From positions 215,946,001 through 216,010,000 of the forward strand of contig OZ024743.1 of NCBI GenBank assembly GCA_964016885.1: DNA of 64,000 nt, written 5' to 3'. Below, one piece after another: positions 15,046 through 30,110 of this stretch (its first letter is position 1; the number at the start of each line of letters is the position of its first letter). The notes beneath the pieces are model-generated. The model was not told the DNA's origin. It did no database searches and was given only the letters and a program-made list of their open reading frames with translations. Position numbers and translations under genes: made by a program. The stretch is from Eledone cirrhosa. Its lineage: Eukaryota.

Positions 15046-15930
15046 TATGGTTTCTTATATATATAACAACAATAATAACAAGGACGATATTTTATGTCTT
15101 CATTATCACTTCATTACGTTTATTGGTTAGTGACGGGGGCTTCGCTTTTGATCAGCTGAAGGTTCGATCTGTATCGATCTAGACCAATTCTGGAATCAAA
15201 TGCTCGTCGGACCTCTGCTGTGGTAATGACAGAACGAACCTATATATGGGATTGTCTGTTAAAATATACTGTAAAACTACGTGGAATAAATTATATTACG
15301 TTTGTACGAAATTTAATCTAAATCGAACCACATTCATCTCACGTCTCCATGTCTTTCGGGAAACATAAAACAGACTTATTCCAACACAGACATATTATAA
15401 GAGTGTGCGTAATGGTATGTCAATATTTCTAAACATAAAAATATCAAAATTAGTCAAATAAATTTAAATATGTTTTAGAATAATGGTATTTTCCAATATA
15501 TTTAAATTTTCCTATATTCCAAATAAGAGTATGAATTTTGAAATAAATCGCTATAGTTGTGTGTGTAGCCTTGTTATATTGAGTATAATTAATTATTAAT
15601 ATATAATGTGAGAATTCTTTATATTACGCCGACACAAAATTTACAGTATTGTAGATTGCAAGTTTAATTATTTTGGAAATATGTCAGCAAGAATTGTATA
15701 GCAAGCTCTCATTTGTTTTAATGTATATATGAGACATTCAGATGTAGTATGCGATAGTTACATATTAAAGATTACGATTCGCATACATTCATCGTCTATG
15801 ATAATTTTAGTCAGATGGTGTCGGTGCATTCAGATAGAGTCAGTAGTTGATTCGAGGCTTCCACTCTGACTCATAACACATTCGTGTGCTGGTTGACAAT
15901 GATGGGTATATGTGTATATATATATATATA

Positions 15931-18900
15931 AAATTTCAGGTTATCAATAATGTAGTGATATTATATCGTCACGTTAGAGATGAACAGCGTACGTGTAGGT
16001 TTGCTCAACCAGTATAAATTATATTCCGGAGAAAATGTAGAAAAGATGAATATAAAATGAAAGTGATTTTTTTAAAAAGGAATTTATTAGGTATTGACAT
16101 ATGTTTCTGTAACAGACGGAAAACCTGTGTATCGCTGCTTGCGTAATCATATAATGTTAGCAAGTATTCGATAGCAAATGTATAATCAGTTGTCACTTCT
16201 TCAGAGATTTTGGATAAATTGGATAAAATCAGAAAAATTGAAGTATTTATATTAGTAATAGAGGAAGAAGAGATGGGATAGTATATGACAGATGGTAATT
16301 CAATTTACTGCTAAACAAGTATATAAAGGGTTTCTAATGAAAATACCACGAGTAAATGGTTCATTTTATCTAAATAAGAATGTTTGGGAGTGCCAATTTT
16401 AATCTCTACTTGACCAATTAGACAGTGGACAGGGCTGGTCATTTGGTGTAGTAGTATTAATTATAAAGTGTCAATTGAGGAAGGGGGAGATTTCGATTGC
16501 TACTGAATAACATCAATGCTAGTAGCCAGCTGGTATGTGCATTAGGGAATTGAATTAAGAAATCATAAATCTCATTTTATCTATAGCAGTTTATATTAAA
16601 TGGTAAATAATAGAAGAGTTGATAGGATTAAGACTAATAGAGAATGTTAATATCAATTTTGACAACCAAACGGAGATAGAGACGGGCGTTCAATCCTGGT
16701 GGTATTTATAATATGAAAATGTAGATTTTAAGCGATGGTTACAGTATAACGATCGCTCTATTCTGTTATTTAATAAAATGTTTTTGGATTTCATAATACA
16801 AAATAATTCTACATTACATAATTTACAAAATTCCTGTCCGTGGGAATATGGGGGGGGGGGGCAGCCCCTATTTTATCCCATTTAAGGTGAAATTGTTGGT
16901 TATTTTCACGCAGCTGCCAAGCCTTGTCTGCGAGTGTTGTTACATAACGCTGGTTTTCATGTTTTATCGAGTAACGATGTCTATAAAGGCGTGATTTGAA
17001 GGAGGTGGCTGTAGATCCCACATAGTACCAATTCTGTCTATCCGATTCGATAGTACATTTGTATACAATGTTGCGTTCAAGACACTGATTGTTCAACGGA
17101 CACATTCCTGGTTGGACACAGTTGCAATTATAATTTTGCGTTGTTGTATTGTCATGGATGGGTTGATGAGGTTGCTTAGGTAGGACCGGATGTTGTTTGT
17201 TGTTTTGTGATGTTATAGCTAATGTTTTACGTGTATTGTTATGTGTTGGAAGGCGTTTATACAGCCGTTTTGCTTTAAGCTTTTTTATATGTTGTTCAAT
17301 ATTAGGGGCGGTTGAATATGAAAGTCGAATAGTGTTAGGGTTTAAGATTTTATTATATTTATATGATGTTGGAAAGTGTTTTTTAACTAATCGAAAGAAT
17401 TGTGAGGATAGATTGGCCTTAATAGAGTTGTTATAGACCGGGTTGTACCATATATACTCTTTACATTGCCTTCTGTTTGGTGGTGTGCGACTATTATTGT
17501 GTCTATTGCGGTAGTGTATTTATGGTGGTGATTCTGTGCTATTTCTACTCCTATGGGATTTATTTTGAGTGTTTTGGTGATTTTCTACTATATACTCTAT
17601 ATTATCTAGGTGTCCGGCTTTTCTAAGTGCATCATCATAATATTCGGCATGTTCTTTGAAGGTTTGTTGGTTGGACGACAGGCGGGAGATTCTAAGAGAA
17701 ACATTTCTAGGGATGGATTTAATTATAGAGAGTGGATGGTTATAACTTGTATTTACATATTTAAGGTTCTCATTTAGTTTATGGAACGGTTTAATCGTAT
17801 CTGTATTGAGATCAAAGTAACATCAAGGAAATTGACCTCTTTGAGGTTATACTGAAATGTAATATTTAATCCTAGTTCCTTAAAAAGCTTTCTGATATTT
17901 TTACGCATCCTTTCTAAATTCTGGTTATTCATATGCTTAAGTAATAGGAGCGCATCATTACGGTAGATTCCACCGTGGAGATCCTTGAATTTTCCTTGTA
18001 GTCTGTGGGTGATATAAATTCCCACAAAATCTGTTACTTCCGCCGAGTCATTAGAACCCATAGTAATATCATAATTAGAAGGTCTATCTTTGCGAACCCA
18101 GTAGCTATTATGGAATTTAACTATAGTTTTCCTCGCTTCCATAATAATTTAAATTTCAGCATCCGTAAGGTCGGAATTAGCCTTAGCGAACGAAAGAGCT
18201 TCATGTAGAGTATTAGCTGAAATTGAGGAATAATATTCATCAATATCAAACTGAATAAATTTTGATTTTGTCTTATCAGTAATGTTATTAAACCATCTTA
18301 TTGCTTCATGAGTGTTACCCCATAGTTTAATTTCTACTTTAACCTTAATTTGCGGGATAATTCTGTCTAGTATATATTTGCTAATTTTGCCTATATCATA
18401 TTTAGAGGGGCATATAAGTCTAATCTTAGGGTTAGTATCGAAGTTTACCTTGTGGTCCTTCAGGTTGAAGGATGGTATAGCTGGTGTTAAGGGTTGCGTT
18501 CTATCGTCAATACAAAGTGTTTTAACAATTTCACATGCCGAGTTGTTGATGTTTTTAAGTGTAGCTTCATTAGTTTTCTTGTATTTTTTATGCAATTCCT
18601 TAAGGATGAAGTTATTGTAAGTGTCCACATCCATGGTATATACGTTTGACGTTTTGTCTGCTCTAACAATAATTCCATTGGCGTATTTAGATTATTATTA
18701 ATCAGTGTCTTGAACGCAACATCGTATACAAATGTACTATCGAATCGGATAGACAGAAGTGGTACTATGTGGGATCTACAGCCAACTCCTTCAAATCACG
18801 CCTTTATAGACATCGTTACTCGATAAAACATGAAAACCAGCGTTATGTAACAACACTCGCAGACAAGGCTTGGCAGCTGCATGAAAATAACCAACAATTT

Positions 18901-19745
18901 CACCTTAAATGGGATATAATAGCGCCCCCCCCCCCCCCCCCAACCCACGGACAGGAATTTTGTAAATTATGTAATGTAGAATTATTTTGTATTATGAAAT
19001 CCAAAAACATTTTTATTAAATAACAGAATAGAGCGATCGTTATACTGTAACCATCGCTTAAAATCTACATTTTCATATTATAAATACCACCACAGGATTG
19101 AACGCCCGTCTCTATCTCCGTTTGGTTGTCAAAATAGATATTAACATTCTCTATTAGTCTTAATTCTATCAACTCTTCTATTATTTACCATTTAATATAA
19201 ACTGCTATAGATAAAATGAGATTTATGAATTCTTAATTCAATTCCCTAATGCACATACCAGCTGGCTACTAGCATTGATGTTATTCAGTAGCAATCGAAA
19301 TCTCCCCCTTCCCCAATTGACACTTTATAATTAATACTACTACACCAAATGACCAGCCCTGTCCACTGTCCAATTGGTCAAGTAGAGATTAAAATTGGCA
19401 CTCCCAAAAATTCTTATTTAGATAAAATGAACCATTTACTCATGGTATTCTCATTAGAAACCCTTTATATACTTGTTTAGCAGTAAATTGAATTACCATC
19501 TGTCATATACTATCCCATCTCTTCTTCCTCTATTACTAATATAAATACTTCAATTTTTCTGATTTTATCCAATTTATCCAAAATCTCTGAAGTGACAACT
19601 GATTATACATTTGCTATCGAATACTTGCTAACATTATATGATTACGCAAGCAGCGATACATAGGTATTCCGTCTGTTACAGAAACATATGTCAATACCTA
19701 ATAAATTCCTTTTTAAAAAAAGCACTTTCATTTTATATTCATCTT

Positions 19746-19750
<5 letters not shown>
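15931..19750 (-). mobile_element. Naiad-like PLE, 5'-truncated, with ~1.05-kb inverted pLTR (18700-19748 + mirrors ~16040-17090 -), flanked by (TA)n
   Basis: Minus ORFs: NLKDHK, RLICPSK, FIQFDIDEYYSSI, ITMGSNDS, GIYRNDAL, NFLDVT, CNCVQPGMCPL, IVYKC..YYVGST..FKSRLYRH; the plus-strand arm repeats EN + 3' UTR. Confidence 0.9.
16090..16210 (-). ncRNA. HHR-like motif with ~90-nt stem II (mirror copy ~19585-19696 +)
   Basis: CTGAAGA-a-gtgaca...tgttac-a-GAAA-catatg-TC; palindromic stem III ACATATGT; stem I poorly paired; better homologue at 29266. Confidence 0.5.
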
Positions 19751-19807
<57 letters not shown>

Positions 19808-19809
<2 letters not shown>

Positions 19810-20215
19810 GATCTTAACAAATGGAAACTATATTTATAAAACCATATCTATTTTAATATACATATTTCAAGGATACCATGTTAAATTATGGTATGCTTTC
19901 ATCAGACAAAATACAATATATACCAGTTTTATATGTCTTCCAATGTCTTCGATGTCTTCCAAAAGTAACGGTTGCATTTTGAAAGGGTATGTCAATATTT
20001 ATTTATAAAACTGGTATATATTGTATTTTGTTTGAGGAAAGCATACCATCATTTAACATGGTATCCTTGAAATATGTATAATGAAATAGATATGGTTTTA
20101 TAAATGTAGTTTTCATTTGTTAATGTCGTATATTTACTCCAAATACTTGTCGTGTGCTTTATATCAGTTATAAAAATATTTGCTTGTTGTATCCCAACAA
20201 TTTAAATAGAACTTT

Positions 20216-20220
<5 letters not shown>
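19808..20220. mobile_element. Non-coding inverted-pLTR element with an HHR in each arm, in (TA)n
   Basis: Arms ~19808-19933 and ~20004-20131 are reverse complements; right arm extends into a tail to 20220. Confidence 0.8.
19849..19913 (-). ncRNA. Type I HHR (mirror copy 20024-20088 +, core TTGAGGA)
   Basis: tattttgt-CTGATGA-aagcataccat/aatttaac/atggtatcctt-GAAA-tatgta-TA; stem I pairs atgaaata in the right arm. Confidence 0.7.
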
Positions 20221-20271
<51 letters not shown>

Positions 20272-20275
<4 letters not shown>

Positions 20276-21068
20276 GAGAGTAAAACAAAGAAGCCTTTAA
20301 TACATCAAAAGTTTTTATTAGCCGACAATGTTTCGTCCTATTAAGGAGTCATCAGGGCAATTAAAACAATAAGAAGTAATATCGGCAGATACAAGCCGGA
20401 AGCTCCGAAGAATATGGAGTGTACATACACTAATGTCTTGCAAAAATATATAATAAAAATAATAAAAATATATAATAAGAATAACTAAGGATGTATATAA
20501 CATTAAGAACCACATTACAAATATAGTCCAAAGCAAATAACCTAGAGCTAAACAAAGGTGGTTATATAGAGCAGGAATTATATATAACACAATGTAATAT
20601 GATATAATACATTATAATAATATACCTTTACCAACATTAAAATTACAATAACAATCAAAAGGTACAATATACACATGTATATATGTGCGCACACGCACAC
20701 ATACACACACACACATACAACAATACGCACATCTATCTTCAACTACACAAATTAAACCTTATTAGGAGTTTGAATATAAAAATAAGCATGATAAGAGTGA
20801 AAATAATAATAATACCAATACATCTACCCAATATACATGAGGTAATAATATGATATAATTACAAGAAACACATATAATAAATAATAAACAATACAATTAT
20901 ATAATTCAATATAATAGATAATCCCCGGTTAATTTACACAAACAATATAGATGTCACAATAATAATATAATTTTTCGGCTCTGTTTAACTGCATTGAGCT
21001 ATACCTTTTACTGACATTTCTATAATACGAAGAGCGTGTTTAACTCCAACACGCTCCAGTATTTTAAT

Positions 21069-21071
<3 letters not shown>
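20272..21071 (-). mobile_element. Heavily 5'-truncated PLE 3' end (EN tail + UTR + HHR) between (TA)n tracts
   Basis: Minus translation KILERVGVKHALRIIE...QLNRAEKLYY resembles a GIY-YIG C-terminus; canonical HHR near the 3' end. Confidence 0.65.
20318..20362 (-). ncRNA. Minimal Type I hammerhead ribozyme
   Basis: gcc-CTGATGA-c-tcct/taat/agga-c-GAAA-catt-GTC-ggc; canonical core and GUC site. Confidence 0.8.
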
Positions 21072-21104
<33 letters not shown>

Positions 21105-21113
21105 ACAAGTAGG

Positions 21114-21214
21114 ACCCCGACGGCTGAGCTCAAGCCGTCTCGACGGCTAATTCTGGACTAAATTCAGTCCAGGAATAGCCGGCGTCGAAACGGCTTGAGC
21201 TCTGCCGTCGGGGT
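21114..21214. repeat. ~100-bp foldback made of two head-to-head 3' halves of the 44055-type HHR
   Basis: accccgacggctgagctcaagccgtctcgacggcta...tagccggcgtcgaaacggcttgagctctgccgtcggggt; both arms match 44103-44149. Confidence 0.85.
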
Positions 21215-21252
21215 TAAAGTGTGTCATATATATATATATATATATATATATG

Positions 21253-21303
<51 letters not shown>

Positions 21304-21438
21304 TATATATATATATATAATATATATATATATATATAATATATATATATATATATAATATATATATATAATGTATATATATATATAATGTATATATATA
21401 TATAATGTATATATATATATAATGTATATATATATATA

Positions 21439-21473
<35 letters not shown>

Positions 21474-21520
21474 GTATATATATAATGTATATATATAATG
21501 TATATATATATATATATATA

Positions 21521-21899
21521 AGTATGTACACGTACATACATATATGTATACAGGCGTACAGTAGTATGTATATATATATAAACATAGATACACAAATATA
21601 TATATGTACGTATGGATTCACCGAACATTAATTATAATGCTCGGTGTGTTTGTAAACAAACATCCCGTATTAAGCCGTAGTGTCCAGCAACCATCGTTGC
21701 TCGTTTGTTCAACACCGACACAGGAACGCTGTACTACTTTCAAGCTTAATAGCTTTCGTCAGCAACGTATACCTTCCTGCCAGATTGTTGAACGTATTTA
21801 CTTACCTTATGCATATTAACGGCTCAGTAGCCCCATCTGCATATCGGGTGGCTTAATCGGCCGGGTGCACCGAAAATGAAATTTCGTTCCATTTTTTCC

Positions 21900-21903
<4 letters not shown>
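21521..21903 (-). mobile_element. Diverged monomer of the 478-bp retrozyme-like family
   Basis: Aligns by eye to the 49.4-kb unit (cgtacagtag, tttgtaaacaaa, ttcaacac..cacaggaac, attaacggct); carries an HHR. Confidence 0.8.
21726..21768 (-). ncRNA. Minimal Type I HHR
   Basis: acgttg-CTGACGA-aagct/atta/agctt-GAAA-gtag-TA-cagcgt. Confidence 0.8.
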
Positions 21904-22965
<1,062 letters not shown>

Positions 22966-23673
22966 CCTGTGTGTGTGTATGCGATGCGAGTGTGAGTGTG
23001 GTTAGTAATACGTTGGCAGCCAAGTGTATCCTAAAATTATAATTGTACATATACAGATTGTGTAACCGAGATTGCAGGAACGTGTAAAATATATAGTATA
23101 TGGGCATACCTTCCTAATTAGAGAATAATTGGGAAGCAATAAATCTATACGTCACGTTTAAGACAACCATTACAGCGGGGCCTTCTACTTGCTGAGTTAC
23201 CGAGCATCTCATATGTTTATTATACTCATACATATTGTATAGGTTACTGTATACGAACACAGGACTATATTGGTGCTACCACCAATTAACTATATCTAGC
23301 CAAGTCAGCAGCATGTGGAAAGGATCAATTCCAGCCGATATTTTATTATTTGCTATATACAAATGACTATTTCCAAAAAAGGTTCAATACGTTAAATGTA
23401 CATTGGCTTTAACTAAACTTTATCTCAGTAACCTGGGAGTGTAATTCAAAGAGAAAGGAGTAATGGATCTTCATAGAGCTATCTGACATTCTCACACGCA
23501 ACTGAAATAGCTGTGACGTCTGCACGGCACGGAAAGAGGCAGATACCTTCATAACAAAATGTTTCTTTTTTCAAGGCGATTCTCTCGTGTGTGTATTATA
23601 CATATTATACATAATCATACCGTATATGTCTCCATATAGATGATATGTGCTGCTACTACTACTACTACTACTA

Positions 23674-23703
<30 letters not shown>

Positions 23704-23704
<1 letters not shown>

Positions 23705-24910
23705 TTGTTATACTTTGGGAGGGTCATGTTGCCAATAAGAAACACACGCACCAGTTGCTTTCACTTCAATTTATTATAATAAATTTATAATAAATTTATA
23801 AATATATAAATTTCTGGTTGGTTGGTTGGTTCCACAACCAGATAGTTGTTTATATATAGTTATAGTTCTTTCGTCACACACTCTGTGACCTCTTCAGTGA
23901 CTGGGGATTCCTTTCTTTGTTTCTGTGCCTCTCCTTTGTTCTGTCCTACGCCATTTTGTTTCTGTGTGTGTGTTGTGTGCTCAGTAAGCGCATGCGCCAC
24001 ATCCGGGTGTCTGTGTGTGTTAATGTTCATTTATTTATTTGTTTATTTACATGTTACTGGTTGGTTGTTTGTTCTATGTGTGTGTGTGTTTTCATTTTGT
24101 CCTTAATTGTAAGTTGTGATGTTGCTGTTCCACTCATATTTTTTATTTAATTTTGTTTGTAATTCTTTTATGTTTATTGCCTCTGTAATTTGTCTAAACA
24201 TTGCGTCTTTTCTGTGTGTAGATTCTATTTTTATTTGTATGTTCTCTAATTTACTCTTGTGTTCTATTTTAGCATGTTGGTAGAGTACAGATGATTCTTT
24301 ATTAACTTGAAGGTCTCGCCAGTGTTCATGTATCTATATTTTTGTCTCTACATTGTCCTTCAGTACATCTTATGCTATACACTACATTTCTAGTTTTACA
24401 GTTAATATGGGCGCTTATTTTACAGGTTATACATTTCTTATCTATACATGAGGGTCTTTGAAAAGGGTATGTCTTGCTAATAAGTGTTTTTACGGAGAAA
24501 GACCAGGTACCTCCGTAAAAACATTTATTAGCAAGACATACCCTTTTCAAAGACCCTCATGTATAGATAAGAAATGTATAACCTGTAAAACAAGCCCCCA
24601 TATTAACTGTAAAACTAGAAATGTTGTGTATAGCATAAGATGTACTGCAGGACAATGTAGAGACAAATATATAGTGTACATAGGTGAGAGATCTCGTAGT
24701 GTAGGGGAACGGATAAATGAACACTGGCGAGACCTTCAAGATAATAAAGAATCATCTGTACTCTACCAACATGCTAAAATAGAACACAAGAGTAAATTAG
24801 AGAACATAGAAATAAAAATAGAATCTAGACACAGAAAAGACGCAATGTTTAGACAAATTACAGAGGCAATAAACATAAAAGAATTACAACCAAAATTAAA
24901 TAGAAAATCT
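23704..24910. mobile_element. Second copy of the Neptune-like PLE: minus-strand 3' part (23704-24497) joined head-to-head to an inverted plus-strand EN segment (24498-24910)
   Basis: High identity to 2150-3007; plus arm encodes an uninterrupted GIY-YIG segment VVYSIRC...YIGERSRS..ERINEH...PKLNRK; HHR at 23858-23902(-). Confidence 0.9.
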
Positions 24911-24949
24911 GAGAAAAACTTTATAAACAGAAAATCCTATACTTAAATA

Positions 24950-25385
24950 ATTGTTTCTACATTAGGTACAAGGCCAGCAAATATCCAGTGCATTACTGGT
25001 ACTTTATTTTATCGACCCCGTAAGGATGAAAGGTAAAGTCAACCTCGGCAGGATTTGAACTCAGATCGTAAAGGGACGTAACTATGCTGGAAAAAATGGC
25101 GTCCGACCCTCTACCGATACTGAATATATAAATATATATATATATGAGTTATTCATCGGCAATTAAATGCAAAATATATAATTTACCACTGAACTAAATT
25201 ATCGGCAGTATCGGTAGAGGGTCGGACGCCATGCTTTGGAGCATAGGTGCGGCCATTTATGATCCGATTTCAAAACCTGACGATTTTAACTTTGCCTTTC
25301 ATCCTTACGGGGTCGATGAAATAAAGTACCAGTAATATACTGTCATAATTGCTGGCCTTCTGCCAAACGTAGAAGCAATTATATA
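24950..25385. mobile_element. Two SINE copies (24950-25125 minus, 25200-25385 plus)
   Basis: Same family as 14.1 kb. Confidence 0.8.
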
Positions 25386-27719
25386 ATAATTCAATAGTGG
25401 GTCTAACTTACGCGAACATATATAGTAGGAAAATATTTTGAAAGTTTTCAATCTCAAATACAAAGTAATTAAATGATCCTCTATATAGTCACTTACTGTA
25501 CTACAATATGTAAGCTTTTCGATTCATATTTTACCTTCTTACCAAATAGTTGACACAATGCATAATGCTCTCATATACAAGTACACAATGTCTTGGTTTT
25601 TTTTGGCAAATGCCTTTTTGCAGCAGACAAATCAGAATCAATTTAAAGTGTGATAACTTATGTAAGTTTGCTCAAGTTTGACCTGACAATAACGAACAGG
25701 AAAGACAATCATAATATATAACATTGCCTTAACTAATTCAGTCAACAAAAATATGTATAATTGTGCGCTGATTCACAAGAACAGGGAAGCACATTCGCTA
25801 GAAGGTAGCTAGGACTAGGAAAATAAAATATTTTGTTTATTAACCTCAACATAAATAAAACTAAATTTAACCTCGGTAGGATTTGAACTGGGAATGCAGT
25901 GAGCAGAAAAAGGTAACGTGTTATTTGTAATACGGCGCCTTTCTAACGATACTGACAAGTAGTCGCCTATATTTCTGGTAATTATACCAATTTGAACATT
26001 TAAAATTTCCAGCGAAAGCATTAGTATAGATGTAAAGATAAAAGAGGGAAAGCCTATTCTGCCCAACATGCATTGAATAATAGTGATTTGAAGCAATTTC
26101 TCGTTTATACATCATCAGCCACTCAGCTCAAACTCCCAGATCATAAAATATAATGCCTTAAACAAAATCGATTCATTGAATAATGTTATCCATATCTGAT
26201 ACAATCATGTATTTGAAACTATTGAAATGCTTCAATATAATTTTAATCTAAATGTTTATTCTTATCTGCCTATTTGATCAGAAGCTAAACAACAACATAA
26301 TTAGAATTGTTCGCATGAAATTTGCAAATATTTCATACTAATATACACATGTTTGAATCTATTCTGCTATTTATCGATTAATGAAATATTCCTCATAGCA
26401 CTCCAATAACGTATATCTTCGAAAGATGAAGTCTAAGAGGCTAAAGTTGAAGGCGCGTGGTCTTTGTACTAAAGACAAGATTTTTTTAGGTAACAAACTA
26501 AATATGTTTGGTTGATAAGTATATGAAATAACTGACTCAGAAGCGCATAGTATTCAACAAAATCAAGAGCAAGTTTTCTTTGTAATATCGTTCACTACTC
26601 TGAGACGTCTGATATCATCAAGCAACATACTCATGCCATCATTCTAGTGTAGTCCTATGAATTGTGTTATTCGTCCCGATGAAGGACAATGAGAGTATAC
26701 ATCTCAATAAAATAAAATCCTTTTTCTATACGTTTTCAAAACAAAACAAGTTTTTCTATTAAATCATCAAAACACATGCATATTTGAACGGTGCTGGGAA
26801 ATTCTGCAATGCCTAATTAAATATTTAATTTCTTCTTCTGATATAGGTGTATATTTATACAAGTGTTTATCTACCTTCAAACTTAATTGAAAAAGAAAAT
26901 CAAAACTATTTAACACAATTCGTATTTCTCTAATTTAATTAATATTGTTTATATTATTATTAATTTTCTCTCATTTTCTTTTCTGGAACAGATTTAAAAA
27001 GGGCCTTCAATTTTTTTAGTTTTTTCTTTATTGTTTCATTACTTGAATGTTATGTGATTTCAACACCAAATTCGATGGGTATAATTTTCTTGGTGTTATT
27101 TACGTGATTATATAATATTGTTAATTGCATGATTATTCCTACTTCCACTAGATTCTAGTAAATCAAGAAACGTTCACCTCTTGAGTTCTGAAGGGATACA
27201 GAAGCAATTGAGCATCACATCACTGATTCCCATGTATTATATTGCCCTTCGTGATAAAGACATTGGATTGCAAACACAATAATGATATTCGCTGACAAAA
27301 GAATAATAAACTTTTAAGAATTATGATGAAGCCTATACAATGAGTTACCGTATTAGAAGCAACATGTGTACTAGTAACTGGTTTGTTTGCCTGTACCGCG
27401 AAAGAGAGCTACACAGTCATGATATCACATGATCATTTCTATACAATCATAGTTGCAACTGAATATGACATTGCTTTCAGAAATTATTATAATTCGTTGA
27501 CCTAACCGAAGTAAATTATACCCTTTACTATCTAAACATATCTTTGTCATATTTAAAATTGAGAAATCATAGTCTTGCAAGACGGATTAATGGAGTATTA
27601 GGGAACTATTGGAAATAGGTGTCCAAATGTAATCGCACATTAATTTTCAGAAAATGTATAACAAAAGAAATCATATAGAGTATTGTTCAGGTCGACGTTC
27701 TCTTACCTTTGCCAATTCG

Positions 27720-27771
<52 letters not shown>

Positions 27772-29164
27772 GTTAGGGCTATGTGCACTCTGAGATCAAA
27801 AGGCGATGAGGTGAACTTTATCTCTCAAACATTCCAGGTCAGTAAATGTGTACTGGGGTAGTTTTTCCTTTATGTTTCTTTCTCATTTTCGTATTTGCAC
27901 TTCATCATTCTCTCTCCTTTTCTGGAAGAAATTTGCTGTAACCCACCTCTAGATGAGATGAGTACCACTAGATTTAAAATCCTCAATAAAAGGTGTATAC
28001 AATGCGGAGCCCCAAAGAATCAGTCTGGAGGCACGGGATCATGCATGCATTCATATATATATATATAAATATATATATGTATTATGTATATGTAAATATG
28101 GGGGGGGGGGGTATCGGTAAGGATGGGTGGTTGTGTGTGAGTGTGTGTGAAATGAGTTGGAAAAAGACGAGAAATTTAATTCATGCAAGCGTCAGTCGGC
28201 GCATATAAATACAGAAGGCAACTGCAATACTAATATGATTTTTCTACTTTTTTTATGAATGCTGCAGTCTATTATTAAGTATAAAAGTCTTTCGCTTCAC
28301 TTCATTTGAAAAAAAGTTAAAAACAGTTTTGAAAGGTAAAGATATTTGAAAAGATATGTCATGTTTCAGTAATCATTTACACAACTTTGTGTTAGTTCTT
28401 ATATTTATTTTATTTATTTGTATTTAGAGTAGATTTATAAATATTAGATTAAAACTGGTATTTTATTCAAATTGAACATGAACCAGAAACTGAGATGAGA
28501 CAAAACAAAATGAAAAACAAATATTAAATTTATGAAAATAAGTCAAATGAAATAGACACTACATAAAGAGTGAAAATCGATTAAATGATTTCAAAAGTGC
28601 AGCTGACATTTTTCTGATTGAAAAAAAAAGTCACTATATCTATATTAAAAGTAAGTTTCAATATTGTTACATGCAACGTGTACTTATGAATAGGTTATCC
28701 AATATTTATTTTTTTTGTGAAAGACAGTATGATATGAATTGTTTGAATTCACTCCTATTTCTAGGGGATCGATAGATCACGTAGATTTTTCTCTTCTCTC
28801 GAGGTGTTTAGAGGAACAAATCTGGATATATAATATTGTCTCTCAATTTTTGTTCTTTTGGATCTGAAACGGTTTAGAATTGTCACACTTAGGGACATAT
28901 ATACATAGTCATACATTCATACCTTCCGACCGTCATATATATATATTTCTCTCTCTCCCTCTCCCTATATCTCTCTCTTTCACTCTCTCTCTAGATATCT
29001 CCCCCCTCTCTCTATTTATATATATATAATGTGGGGATTAGTGTGGTATGGGTAAAAAAGTGGTCCACTATGGAAGTAGGAGCTAAAGAACAAAGAAAGA
29101 ATGGTAAGGGACCAGGTGGCCCATAAAGCACCAGAGAACTCGTTACTTAGCGTAGTAGAGTAGG

Positions 29165-29230
<66 letters not shown>

Positions 29231-29265
29231 TACCTACTCTACTACGCTAAGTAACGAGTTCTCTG

Positions 29266-29381
29266 ATTCTGATGAAATGACAGTAAATAATAACATTGAA
29301 ATATTGAATGTCTGCATAACTAAAAATGTGTAGATAGCAGCTGTTTTAGGTTATGTAACTGTTATAGAAACACGTGTCAAT
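29266..29381 (+). ncRNA. Type I HHR with 91-nt expanded stem II
   Basis: att-CTGATGA-a-atgacagt...actgttat-a-GAAA-cacgtg-TC-aat; palindromic stem III ACACGTGT; inner hairpin tctgcata/tgtgtaga; AATAAA then (TA)n about 40 nt later. Confidence 0.75.
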
Positions 29382-29421
29382 AAATTCCTTTCAACTAAAC
29401 TGTATCCATTCAAATCTTTCT

Positions 29422-29497
<76 letters not shown>

Positions 29498-29827
29498 ATG
29501 TATTTCTTGCCTCAGTGAATTAAAACATATATAACAAGAAGGCTGGTGGGAGATGGTTTTGTTTGTTTGAAAGTGGAATAGTTGTAGGAGTAACTGAATG
29601 ATGGGTTGCGAATAATTTGCACGTCGTGAGGTGGGTTCAAAGCATAATGCCTCTCCACTCAACTTAGAAATTCATATATATTTAGTTTCGAAAATAATCC
29701 TCAATTATACAACAGTGCCACACATAAATCTATAATCGCAAATAAATAATGAATATATACACGCACATACACACATACCCCCTCCCCCTCACACACACAT
29801 ATGTATATATATATATATATACATACA

Positions 29828-30110
29828 TACGAGGGCTGTCGTATCACTGTGAACTATGAGTTGGGTAGTGATTAAAGGGTTGTATCGGCCTGTCACGTAA
29901 TATCCGTAGAATATGTAGCTGCAATCTCGGCGCTCACACCTATTGTATTTTATTTGGCGTGCTTTTGTTAACAGCTACTCAATTTTAGGCCGTCGTTTGA
30001 TGGCCACTGAGCAACAAACTAATCTAATATTTCTGGTCTGGATGAGAAAATCTTCATCGGAAGCACTCGGAATACTGCATTAAATATGTAGAAATGAGAC
30101 AGTATCCACC
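29828..30110 (+). mobile_element. Mariner transposon 5' remnant
   Basis: TA|CGAGGG mariner-type terminus; MATEQQTNLIFLVWMRKSSSEALGIL resembles a mariner transposase N-terminus. Confidence 0.65.
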
